DNA of 64,000 bases, taken from NCBI GenBank assembly GCA_973895155.1, contig OZ316892.1, positions 4,796,510-4,860,509 of the forward strand, given 5' to 3'. This DNA comes from Marsupella aquatica (taxonomy: Eukaryota; Plantae; Marchantiophyta). The stretch's first letter is position 1. The number at the start of each line of letters is the position of its first letter. A program made the position numbers and the translations under genes. Positions 49,536-62,099 of the stretch are shown piece after piece. The notes below the pieces were generated by a model. It was not told the origin of the DNA. It searched no databases and was given only the letters and a program-made list of their open reading frames with translations.

Positions 49536-52500
49536 ATGAAGACCATTCAGAACGGAGACGAGGTGCTGCGAAAGGGGCCATGGATGCCCGAAGAAGATGA
49601 GATCCTGGTCGAATATGTGCGCCAATTCGGCGCACGAGACTGGAGCTCCATTCGGTCTAAAGGCTTACTGCCTCGCACTGGAAAATCTTGCCGGCTACGC
49701 TGGGTCAACAAGCTCAAACCTGATCTCAAAAGGTACAATGAAGGGAAAGCATGAGGGACTCCCCGTTGCCCGGGCGATTTCCGTGGACTTATAATCACAA
49801 CCACTTCAATAAATTCAATCAATCAATCAACGGGTATGTCTGCGTCTGTGTGTGAGAGCGAGTGTGTGGACGCTGTGCCGGGACGTGCGCGCAATGTTGG
49901 GAGCCTCAATGACATGTAGCTTGTTAACGTACACATTGCTCTCTTATCGACCAGAAAGGTCGTGGAATGCCTTGCAGTGCCCTCTCCTGTCCTGGGTGGG
50001 CAGGTAGACCGGATAGGAGTATCATTTTCATCACAGCAGTGGAGGAGTCCGGCCGTCTTCCTGCCTCCCTCACATTGCTACTAGTGACCCCTGAACGGGC
50101 AAACTAACGCCTGCTGCTTGTTTGCGTCATCAGGAAGAAAGAACTTCAGATTATCAGGGTGGTTAGAGATCACGAGGCTTTACAGGAACCTTCTTTCCAC
50201 ATACATCTAGAAGCGAGAAGCTTATGACGAATCGCACCCTCAACCTTAACATCGACTCTCCACCAAGACCTCACGATCGTTTCCTAATAAATGGCGTCGC
50301 CCAAAATCGTACTCTGGACTGCTAAAAGAAACTGCGCATTTGCGTTAGGCTCTGCGGCTTCATGTATTCATACATACGTATGGATGTTTTTCAGCAACAA
50401 CACAACAGCAAAAGTGTGCTTTCCACGCTAAAATGTTGTTGAATTACCAACCGATTTTGTAAAGCCTGGCCAAAATCAGATGTTTGAGCACAGACAGAGG
50501 GGGTGATCAAGAGTTCTTGTGATGTAACTCTCAATTTACTCTTTAGCCAACGGTAGATGCTTATCGCTAATTCTCAGAAAGAGGGAAACATTCGACGCAG
50601 GCGCTCGTTGAGTTTTGAACGTGCCGTTATCTTAATTGGATTTGTTCGAGCTTAGCTTTGAGTTGCGAGTCTGCCAAATTATGTTCAAAGAAAGTCACGA
50701 TTGTTCAAGAACAACCGAGGCATTTTCGTAGCTTGGTCTCTATCTCAATGACATTGAAGCAATTGCCAGGCACGAACAAGAACATATGCATTTGCTAGAA
50801 TTGTGTAGCTATAAAAGAATTTGAGAGGAAATGATTTAAGCTCGTCAATGCTCGGAGGATTCTGCTGGAAATTCTTTACGCAGAAATCAACATGCATCTG
50901 ACCTCCTCGGCGGCTGCCGGTGAGCAAGACAGTGATTCTGTTTTGTTTTCCAAAAGTCTGACAATCGCTTGTGAGAAGCGAACAACATGATGTAAGGCAG
51001 ACCACGCAGATTGTCATTTTTGTGCAAGACAGAGTTCCCGACGCCGATCAGGGTTTGGTTCTATCCTGAAACAGAGGTTGTCTGACTTTTCTCCGGTAAA
51101 CATGATCCTGGGAAGCTTCTCGGTAGAAAATCTTATCTGGTTCAGAAGCCGGCTCCTGCAACACGCATCAGTCGTACAGTTGATGTCTGGAAAGAGACAG
51201 ACGTTAAGTATTGTTTATCTCTTTGAAATTTCCCAGGGGCCAAGCAACGCCGTGAGGATTGATCGCTAAACTTGTGTCATGTGACAGTGCTGAAGGGCAT
51301 GACTGCAGAAAGGTAGAGATCATAGCTCCCGATCACGTTAGAAATTATACAGAACCGTTCGTGGCGAGAAGGCGTGTCGTATGTCCTTCATGGACGAGCT
51401 AGGTCCCGAAGAGATCATCTAGAGAACCGGTTTCGCCATTGCGCGAGGATATCATCAGCATAGAATCAATCTTCTGTACCTCCTTCCTTTTTTACGGAAA
51501 CGCTCGCTGTTACCGTGATTCGCCATTGACACATTGATTTCTTTTAAGGATAAAGGAAAGTGATCAGAAATTGACGAACAAATCAAGTTTCCTAACAGCG
51601 ACATCGTTAATGCACGACAACAAATTCAGTAAATCTTTAGAGTAACTCCTCTTTGTCATCTGGGGTAGTTTCTCACAGTAGAGTTCTTGTAAGGGATCGT
51701 CTGGAAAACTAAAAGAGTTCCTGTAAAGCGAACAGTCTTGTGCATCTGTTCTAATCCTGACAATTTGAAGAGAACGATTAACCGATGTGTGTGTGTCACT
51801 GTGTTCGCAGGAGTGGATGCAAGTTTTCACCGGAGGAAGAGAAGCTTGTGGTAGAGATGCAAGCCAAGCTGGGTAACAAATGGGCAAAAATTGCCTCGTG
51901 CCTTCCTGGGAGAACCGATAATGACGTCAAGAACTTTTGGAGTACGAGACAGAAGCGCATCCTGCGTGCTCTTCAGCGGCCAAAAATGCCCTCCGGTAGC
52001 ACCGACGCTGCCGCTGACACATCTGACCTTAGCAAAGATCACTCCCTAACCGACTTCGGAGCATTTCAGGTTGGTGATGGATGACCCCCTCACAAAAGAC
52101 CTCTCTCGACCACCTCGTGTATTGTTATACCTTCACCTAGTAACCTGGCCAGATAATCAATTCTTTTCAAATCCGTAAAGGTTTGAAGGATTGACTTGTA
52201 CGGCAATAATTTGGAGAAAAGGGCTCCATACAACAATTGCTAAAGAATCTGAAAGTGAAACATAGTACGCTTCAGATGTTTGCTCAAATCGTTGAATTTA
52301 TTAGTCACGTTGTTAGCTCTGTGTCCCTGCACTGTCGTAATGGACGTAAACTTGCACCTGCGGTATCTATCAATCTGTAATTAACCATGTGAAACTACAG
52401 CTCTATCGGATATCTCTTTCTCCGTCTCAGAAAAGTGATCCAATCGCTTGCCCATGAACCCAAGGTTACGAAAGATACTTCAGAATGAGTGAAGTATGAG

Positions 52501-53665
52501 GTCACTCGCCAGTGCTCTCGTTGGACTGAAAAAATTCTCTTTCTCACAAAGCTTCACGTCAGCATGCGGAGGTGAAACGTAGCTTTTCAGAAGCTATGTA
52601 GAATACTGCTGATTTATCCTTTCAATATCCTTATCATCACTTTGACGATAAATTTCTTTGTTATTTTCGAGCGGAATGAGACGACACGTACATGTATCTC
52701 TCCGTGTGTACAGTATTTGAACCTTTCACTTGAGTTCGCACAAACGTCGGAATGTAATCCCGGTTAGTCTCCTTCTACATCGGGTTGGGACGTTGGACTT
52801 ATCTTTACAGATCCAAACATATGTGTGGGAAACATTGTAGAGAAGAAGTTATCTCTCTGTTCATGTGATTCAAAAGATTGTAACAAATCTGGTAATGTTT
52901 CTGGCGATGCAGGTGCACAGCCCAACCGGAACAGGATTAGTACCAACAGGCTTTGTTACTCAGTTTATGTTTGAAGATGACAACGTTTTCAGGGAGCCCC
53001 CATGTCACATGCGCCTGCGCAATTCAGTCCAGCCATTCAATTCGTTGGACGTGGAAGATGTTTTGAGCCTTAAGCTGCAAGACATGGTGGCCAACGATTC
53101 CCACTTCCCCGACTCCGATTTCTCCCAAGCCGGAAGGGTATTCTCGGATGAGACGAGGCACGGCTCTGTGATGTACCAGCACTCCCCGCTCGTTGCCCCT
53201 CCAAGAAGTACCAGATCGGTGAAGCGCAGACCCAGATCGCGGCGAGACACAAGAACCTGTTTTGAGCATCATCCAGGAACTGAAAGTGGCCCTGACTCTA
53301 TGCAAATGTTGCCAGACACTGGCATTCCGCTCATTCAAAACGGCTCCCGCGAGTTCAGAATTCCTCTTCCAACGGAACAGCAGGGAAGCAACTACCTTGA
53401 TTTTCTGCTTCAAACAGAAGCATCGTCCCTGCAGAACAGTCAAATGTTCAGCCCAGAGCTTCCCAGCTTTCTTACCAACAGCCAGCCATGGGAAAAGCTC
53501 CCCATGCTTTACTCCGACGACCCAGGAATTCAAGACCCAGGAGGCAAGGATACTGATTCTTGTAGCCCTGATAGCGTAATATCAGGTTTTGCACCGGATG
53601 TATTTGACTCCTTAGAACCTCTCTGCCCGGCTGCACCAGAATGGTGGGTTGCCCGCTTGACGTGA
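49536..53665 (+). CDS. DUO1: R2R3-MYB transcription factor DUO POLLEN 1; exons 49536-49732, 51811(or 51814)-52069, 52913-53665
   Basis: [29 protein letters not shown], the DUO1 signature [22 protein letters not shown] and the acidic C-terminal SPDS...F.PDVFD.LEP. In-phase GT-AG junctions. Confidence 0.93.
49641..49661 (+). promoter_or_regulatory. miR159/miR319-family complementary site in DUO1 exon 1
   Basis: TGGAGCTCCATTCGGTCTAAA versus the miR319 complement GGAGCTCCCTTCAGTCCAA: one mismatch and two G:U pairs. Confidence 0.65.
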
Positions 53666-55071
53666 ATGAGGACGCAGTTTAAATGGCAGGCAGCGATAGG
53701 TGGTGCTTAGATGGATGCAGCATTAATGTAGATGCATTAAAGATTCAACGAGAAAGAGTCAGATTGGGAAAAGGCTGAAGTTCGCGCCAAAGGCAAGTTA
53801 CTCCCACTTCCTTCGCCCAAGACTGGTTGTTAGATCAGTTCCTAGGACATGATGGACAAAACGATACTCTCCGAAGAAAGGACCAAGTTCTGGTTGGAGA
53901 CATGGGGTGTCAGGAAGGATAATCTTTCCAAGTGTAAACTAAAGATAGAGTAGAAAGGTGATTGAACCTTCCCGTCTCGAGTGGGAGAGTAGATGAGAGC
54001 TCCCAAGGTTCTCCTCCTGGAAGTGTATAAGGCTTAGATACGTAGATTTGAGAAAAGACCACTGCAGTTACTGACGAGACAGTAAGTGCAATTTAGACAC
54101 TTGTTTCTCTGTTAGTTTCCTCCGATTCTAATCCAAATTTTGCCCCCAAAACTCTGACAATTCAAAGACAATGTGATAGAATATACAGGCAACAGCTGTG
54201 CATGTTCATTCACATGTAAGTGAAACTCCTTTTGAAGCTTCAGACTAGCTACTTCACATTCTTATATTACTACTCGGAGGTGACATAATTCGCAACCCAA
54301 CCGAAGTCTTTAAAAGCAGATGTTAGTTTTTCTTTTCCGGCTCTGATTTGTACATATTTGTGTGTAATAATCTTCGAACGACTCTACTGTGGCAAATGAT
54401 TTGCTCGCAGGCGGATATCTATAGTAGATCGTCTATTGTTTAAGGACATCAACATTCTCGTATTTTATTAACTTTGACTAGCGGATTCTTCACCCAGTAC
54501 CCCAATGTGGGTACACGAATCTAACATGTGTCATAAAAAACCCGACCCTCACTGCAGATAATGTCCCATCTCCTTCGCCATTTTCAGTGTTTTCCTTGCA
54601 AAAATTGACGGGTAATGTCGTTGTTATCAAGGTTCGTGTGCAGACATGACGTGAGGTTGACAGTACCAACCTCAGAATCTTGAAAATGCAAGTCAATTGG
54701 ATGAATCATTCAGAGTGCGATTGATACGCTGGAGAATTGCCTTCAACTGTATGCAAGGTTTATATCATCAACACTTCCAGGGCTTTAGTAGATCCATTTT
54801 CTTGTGCTGAGGACCCGGGCTTCTAGACGAGCAGTCTAGAATCTCGGCGTCCGGCAGTCTCAGTGGTTATGGTCACTCCCGACAACCGTACTTGGGGCTT
54901 GACTCATCAGCATACTCCACCTGACACAAATCTCATGACCATGAACTGAGAAGGCCGTCTAGAATGCTCAAATTCGCATGCTGATTACAAACTGTTAAAA
55001 GTCCCACATAGCAATATCCCAAATTGTGCTGGATCTCCTGAAAGGAAAACCTTTCTTGGCTCCTAAAAGTG

Positions 55072-57502
55072 CTATGGATCGATGGTACTTTGGTCAGCTT
55101 CCTCTTTTCCTTTACCGCAGCTGTTTGTACAACACCAAAGAGCAGACATGTTGAGTGAGTACTCTGCAAAGAAAACGCCATCACTAATTCTGGACATAAG
55201 CCGATTATAGCCGATTATAACCAATCGGTCAATTTATCAATTAAGAATATACGTTTCACAACAATCAACAGAAGGGTGTAAGACCGGTATGTACCGGTTG
55301 CAGGAATTGCGGGATGCAAAATTGTGGTTGCTACAACCTTGGCACATCCAATCACCCACTCTCCATTGCTTTGCACTGAACCACCCAACAATTCAACAGA
55401 AGCATTTAGACCGGCCACCAAAAAGACGTGGGAACAAGATAAAATTGGTGTGAACATATGGGATGCACATTGCAAGAAACTGTCAGGACATGTAATGTAT
55501 CCGCTGTCTCTGAAGCATACCCTTTTCCTAATAAAGTAGGCGGCAAGACTGCCATTGGCGCTTGCAAGGTTGGAGGTAGTTGCAAAGAAGCTGGAACTTG
55601 CAGAGGTGCTCCAGATAGTCCCAGTAGCGGTTGTCCAGGGTAGAAACTTCCCCTTCCATTCAAACCTACAGCAAAGGCTAATTGCTGCTGTTGCTGCTGA
55701 GAGATTGAGTACAGACAGATGGGGAACACGTGTGAGTCGGGCATCCATTAAACATTCAATATCAGGTTGAGCAACTTCCTGAATTCAAACACCTTTCAAA
55801 CTTCCTGAACAATTACAGAGAACGTTCACTCACAAGATATTGATGATGCATAGTTGAGAAGTCTCCCCCGGTGTTCAGACGCTTATTGCCCCAGTCTCCG
55901 CCTACATCATCAGTTGCTAGGCGTTTGCCATGACCTGCCATACGAGAATCAGTTAACTACAGCTCCCAATAACTGATCAGAAATGTTTATATTCCGGACA
56001 AAACTAGTCTTTGCTTCTTGCAATGGTCTTGACAGAATTGAACATGAACCAAAGCTGAATGAGATCCTTAAAGTACACAAATGGTCTGTGCCAACTCCTA
56101 GAGTATAGAACTTGGCGTGCTCCGACAACAAGCCAACTTTTGTTTCAACTCTGAGGACGGCGGAGAGAAGAAAACCATTACCTGGAAATGAGTAATTATG
56201 TGCAGGGGGCAGAGTGGCTGCAGAGAGGCCAGAAACCTCCGATGGAGCGTGGCATTGCCTGCACTGCAACCAAATGAAGACAGCTTGTTAGATTACACAA
56301 CTAATCATCAAACTCGATCGGCTAACGGCTCCTGAATTCGAAGGAAATAGTGACATCAATCTGTTCTGTACATTCCAGACGGCCAAGAAAAGAGGAAATG
56401 ATCCTTATTAAAATTCTACAACTCGATACCAAGCTCACCGTCAATCGTGATGAGTAATTGTGAAAGCCACAAGTGCAGATCCAGTCACCAACTCGGAAGC
56501 TACTGCCAGCTGAGACTCCTCCAGCCATACCAGCCCCTCCACTCCCACTCCATGGCCAAGGCATACCTAGAGCATTGGGCATTCCCAGGGGCATTGCCAT
56601 ACCCATATTCAAGCCCACAGCTGCCATCCCGGCAGGACTTATTGGACTGGGGGCAACAAGTCCTTGCTGCGTAGAAAAACCTCCTGTAGCTTTGGGTTGG
56701 CCACATTTGTTGCACTTCTCCCTTGACGCATAATTATTGTTGCTGCAGCCTTTTGACCGCTCCAGTAATCCACCATCACCCCCGGGCGCGCAAACACCAC
56801 CAGTACAACACGGAAATGGCCAGTGTGCAACCAAGCACACACCCCAGCACCCACCACCACCGCACGACCCACCACACACCCACACACACACTCACACATC
56901 ACACACGCCACCTAGACCAGCATGCTTTTGGGCATATCAACCAATTTCTGTCCTGAAGCCCTTTACAGTAGTATTCAACAGAGTATACACTCTTTCATAT
57001 CTTGAGAAGAAGCATTTCCGAAAACAGACTGACAATTTTACCTTAGGTCAAGACCAATGTACCCGGACTGATACTCTCAAGGCCGTGTGTACGCCGTTTA
57101 CATCTGTGTGTTTTCGTCAAATCTAATCCAGCAAAGAAGACTACTGTTCTTTGGAGAGAAGAAGGGGAAGGTGACTCACCCACACCCTCCAACACACACA
57201 TCACAACGCAAAGGATAGCCAGAGCGCAGAGGAGGAATGAATGAATTATTGACATGGACAAGTCTCTTATGGCAACGAGAGGAAGAGGGAGAGACAGTGA
57301 GAGAGAGGGGCGAGGGAGAATCAGAACCAGCGCAAATCCAGTCGCCGATGCGAGGCAGCCATTTGGAATCTGCCGGCGTTTGAGAATCGACCAAGAGCCG
57401 TGCTTGCTTGCACCGATTGCATATTGACCTGAAAGCATAGTTTCTGTTCCCACAGCCCCCACACTTCCAATCGCCTTCTCTTGCTCCTGCCTGTGAGGCC
57501 AT
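55072..57502 (-). CDS. RanBP2-type zinc-finger RNA-binding protein (4 fingers; At1g67325-like)
   Basis: REGDWKCGGCGNRNYAFRSICNRCK, RIGDWICA|GCSNNNYASREKCNKC, RVGDWICTCGFHNYSSR..C and WRVGDWMCQGCSNHNFASRNSCNR|C. Stop at 55072-55074. Confidence 0.92.
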
Positions 57503-57655
57503 CCTACACGTCCGTGTATATGTTACTTACCTGCATCATCACCATCATCAACCACCCATCGACCAGCCACTCGGTAAGTCACAACCACGAGAGATTCAGG
57601 AAAAAAACGAAAACCACCTTCAATTTCCAAACAGCGAACTCCCCGCGCAAACCAC

Positions 57656-58005
57656 TGCTCAAATTAAAAGAGCAGCTGCATAGAACTCCTCCACCACACC
57701 CTAATAAAGAATCTCCAGTTGCAATGTCTCCTCAATCCCCTTCCTTTCACACTTCGTTTTCTCTTCGTCTTCTTACTTATCTTTCTCAAGCTAAATCCAA
57801 TCCAAATCCAAGTACCATGCATGGATTTTTGTTTTTCGTTCCCATTGCTCAAATTAAAAGAGCAGCTGCATACAACTCCTCCGCAACACCCTCCGGAAGA
57901 ATCTCCAGATGCAACATCTCCTCAATCCCAGTTTTTTCAAACCTCTGGTTTTTTCCTCTTCTTCTTACTCGTCTTCCTTACTCTGTCTCCAAATCCAAGT
58001 CCAAT
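57656..58005. repeat. About 190-bp tandem duplication upstream of the RanBP2 start codon
   Basis: GCTCAAATTAAAAGAGCAGCTGCATA.AACTCCTCC near 57657 and 57847; both copies end in AAATCCAAGT. Confidence 0.85.
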
Positions 58006-61000
58006 TTATGAATTTTATATTTCACTCCTTTCCAGTCAACAAAATCCCCAAGGACGGGAGGATGCGAGGGCGTGCATTTGTTTGTTAGCACTACCAGAGA
58101 AGAACTGTTAGCACTACCAGAGAAGAACACTCATGGGGGTTTGCTTGTTTGCACCACGATCAGAGAAGAACATCCCTAGCTACTTGTTTCTTTCTTTCTT
58201 TGCACTTCGTGATTGATACGATTGGGATTTGGTCGGCGAGCAGAAGAGATCACTACATACTCATCGTCTACAAGAGCTACAGTACACCAAAAGTCATTTC
58301 CACAGAAAAAATGGAAGGCATTTCAACAAACTTAGGCACTCTGTCAACTAAGCCAAACAAACAATCAAGCCACAAAGCCAAGCCAGCCAGCTGAAATCTG
58401 CCTGTGGGGTCGGATCGACGGGTGCTTCGAGAGAATTGCCGATTGATGACTGATGGCGACACCTGCTCTGTCGACGAAGCTCAGAAGTTCAGAAGCTCCA
58501 AAGCAGAAGTTCAGAAGCTCAGAAGCAGAAGCTCAGCAGCAGAGCTTGACTCATCAGCTCGATTACAGTAAACGCCACTCGAGACACTCATGAACAGACT
58601 CTGCGCCGCTCCGTTGACTACTACTACTACTACTACCACTGCACCAGCGCTATGGATTGGGTAGTCCTCTCTTTCTCCTCCTACTCTGGCATTGTGCTCT
58701 GCTTGCTTGCCACATCGGTAGTGGGTCCGTTTGCTTGCGGCGATTGTGATTAGACGACTGTGATTAGAGGAGCTTGTGATGCATGATTGTGTGGCTACTG
58801 TCGCTCCTGCAGAGTTGTCTTCCAGTTCAGATTTCAGAGACAGGATTTGATGACAGTGCCACGAATCCACACACGAGAAGACTTTTCATTGCAACTCCTA
58901 CTGAAGAGTGCAACTCCTACTGAAGAGTACAGCCATGTAGTCTAGGCTCAATCCAAGGGTACCAGGCTTCCCTCCAATAATATAGTGTATTTCTTGTTTA
59001 CTAGCCCAATGTTTCTGAGTTGGACACTTGTCAAGAATAAGTATGCCAAGCATACGTGTATATCACACTTGCAAAAGGCAAAAATGAGTATAGTGCCAGA
59101 AGGCAAAAAATGTCAAACTGGAGACAGGGTCCCAATGGCAAAGCAGCCCAATAAAGAGGGGCAAAGGAAAGGGAAGAGGCCCCAGAAAGACCAAGGAGGC
59201 CGACCAAGTCAAGGAGCCCTCCACAACAACAAAGGAACCAAGACAAAAACAAGGAAACCACTAAGAAGCCAGGAAGACTAACACCCACAAGCATAGGTAA
59301 GATGACCATGCACTTCAGGACTAGGGGAGTAGCTGAGTCACCCTGGCAAATGTATTCAAGGAGTGTGTGAGCTTCAGGGAAAGAGAAAGTGATATTACAT
59401 ATTCTAGTGTTTAGATAGATTTAACAAATTGAAGTCAATAATGGTGGGATCCCAACAGGTCTCAAGTTCAAAACCAGAGTTTCACATCTGGTCTCTACAA
59501 AAATTGTGTGCACTACAAGAGCTCTATATACTATAGGAATGTAAATCAAAAAACACCAAAATATTAAATGAGCTTTCCTTAAAAGCTGATGGCCCTCCTA
59601 CTTTGGCTGGTTCTCCCTTCAAAAAGCAAACAATAAAAATGGATCCAACACTTTCCTAGGGTGATATAGTTGTCATAAAAATAGGAGGAGTAATAATCAC
59701 CTTAAGGAATATACAGGGAAAATGCCTGATTGTATGTGAATAGGGCCTAAGGACCATGTTTGCATTTATGTGGAGAGGGAATGGTTTGCCTGAAGTTCAG
59801 TTTTGCTTGTTTTATGTCACTCTTCTATCTCAAGTGGAGGGATATGCTTGGTGGACCCCTAAACAGGAAAACTTTGCTTTGATCAGCCCCCTGGATACTA
59901 TTTTTCCCAGATCAACCCCCTCTTAAATGAACCGTACATGATGTTCTTGTAGAGGTTCTCCTAAAGCAAGATTCAGGCATACAACGACCAAACTTGGTCG
60001 ATAATGAAAAAGGACCCGATTATGACCTTTGCATACTTTTGATGTGACTGTGCAAAGGTCAAACTACAGGCCTTGAATATATTTGTTGGGGCAAAATTCT
60101 TGTTTTGGCAATTTCCTCCCACTAGATCTTGCAAAAACTACTTTTGTTGCAAAGAATGCTAAGTGTGACCTGAAAACAATGTCCACATTATCTTCCAAAT
60201 CCACTAGTGTCAAACATTCACCCCCGTCCTAATGGCATGGATGAGCATAAGTTGCACTTTCTGAAAATAATGTTAAGTGTCAACTAAAGGTACTGTCCAC
60301 AATGACTTCAAAAACCACTAGTGTTGACCATTTAGTTACCCCTCTCATAGTAAAAAATAGTGAGGGCCCGGATTTTGATCATGCCAAGTGGGTGTGCATC
60401 TTTCAAGCAACGATAGAAATTTTTCATGCACTAAATAGTATTGGATGGCAAAGAAAGATAATTTTCCTTTTTTCAAAGGCAACATTGAGCACCATGACAA
60501 GGAACTCATAAATTTATTTCTTTGGATTAAGTAAATCAAAGTGATGTCATGATGTCAAGCTCACTATGTCAACTACAAAAAATCATAGGCAATCTAAAAT
60601 AGGTGTTTTAATACTATTTTGGTCAGGAGACAATCAATGTTTCATAGAGCCTAGAAAGTGATATTAGGTATATATTTAGAAGAAACAATTAAAAAAAATT
60701 ATAGATTGTTTATAAACTAAATAGATTAATAAAGTATAAGAAAATAATGTTTACAAATTTTTTTGCTTTATAAAATAAGTGCATTTTAATTACATCAGTA
60801 TGATTATGGGCTTAGTTTACAATTCAATTCTACAAGAATGTTTTTTACAACTTTGAATGGAAAGCAGTTGCATGGAAATGAATGTGTCACTTTGGAGTCT
60901 TGATATGGGCTACAACAACACATATTGTGGTTGCTTTAGTTTTTGGATTTTGTTTATTTAAATGGCTATGGCTAACTCCTAGCAAATTAAGTCGTTGTGA

Positions 61001-61574
61001 TGTTTTAAGCGGCAAACAATATTTTTTCTTGCTCTAAGCATCTTTTTACTCTCATAGTCTTTTAGTCCTTACATAGGAATATAACACAATTTTTTGGCTT
61101 TTATCGTAGATTTAAAGAGTAACCTAAGCAGACAATACACACAATGCAGAAGTTTATGTAAGAATGGATGAGATCCAAAAGTTATCGGAAAGATGAAGCT
61201 TGAGTCGGTGAAAAGTATTGCTACTAACAATGAGTGTGATTTGAAATGAATAATTTTAACCTACAAGGTTATCTTCAACAGTCAACAAAAATTTGAACAA
61301 GTTGTTAGTCAATCCTAAAAGTTGGAGCATAATTATATGATAACAATAGGTTTGCACTTCTGCTTTTACTCCATTTGTTTTATCTAGCAAGCTAAATATT
61401 GATATTGTCCACTTTTTACTTGATTTGATTACTAAATCAGATTTATCCATCATGATGTACTATTTACTTATGCGATTGAGAATCATCAATTTAACATTTT
61501 TTATTCTTTCCTTGATTAGCGTCAGTTTTGAAATGCAAAAAATTGTAACATCCTGTGTAGGCCAAAGGAAACGG

Positions 61575-62090
61575 TTTTCTACGACCCTAAATGTAATAGG
61601 CATTGACATCAATAGTCCCTCAATTTTTCAATTGGTGTGGCCCTAGTGAAATAGTTTTTGCCACAAAAACAAATTGGTCATTATAAGATACTAGATGTCA
61701 TAGACATTGACATCAATAGTCCTTAAACTCTTCAATTAATGTGAACTTGATGAAATAGCATTTGAGCAATCTGTTTTGCCCATCATACAATCCTAGATGT
61801 CATAGGCATTGATATCAATAGTGCTTCAACTCTTCTATTACTCTATGGTGAAATAACATTTGATCCTTCAATTTAATTTGGCCATCATACAATCCTAGAT
61901 ATAATATCAAGATTTATATCAATAGTACTTCGACTCTCTTGTGGGTATCAACCTAGATATCAACTCTCTTATAGCATTTGACCATCATATGATCCTAGAT
62001 ATAATAGACATTGATATCAATAGTGCATGAACTCTTCTATTGCTATGATCTTGGTGGAATAATATTTAATCAGTTTGATTTGATCATCAT
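61575..62090. repeat. Degenerate tandem repeat, about 95-110-bp unit, about 5 copies
   Basis: CATCATACAATCCTAGAT.T.ATAG.CATTGA.ATCAATAGT recurs. Confidence 0.8.
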
Positions 62091-62099
62091 CACATGATA

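Noticed and set aside
59440-59480. tRNA/SINE-like B-box (AGTTCAAAACC), similar to 44664-44695
   Set aside because: No cloverleaf or A-box; at most a degenerate repeat fragment.
60600-61650. Possible degraded transposase frames
   Set aside because: No motif could be recognised with confidence.
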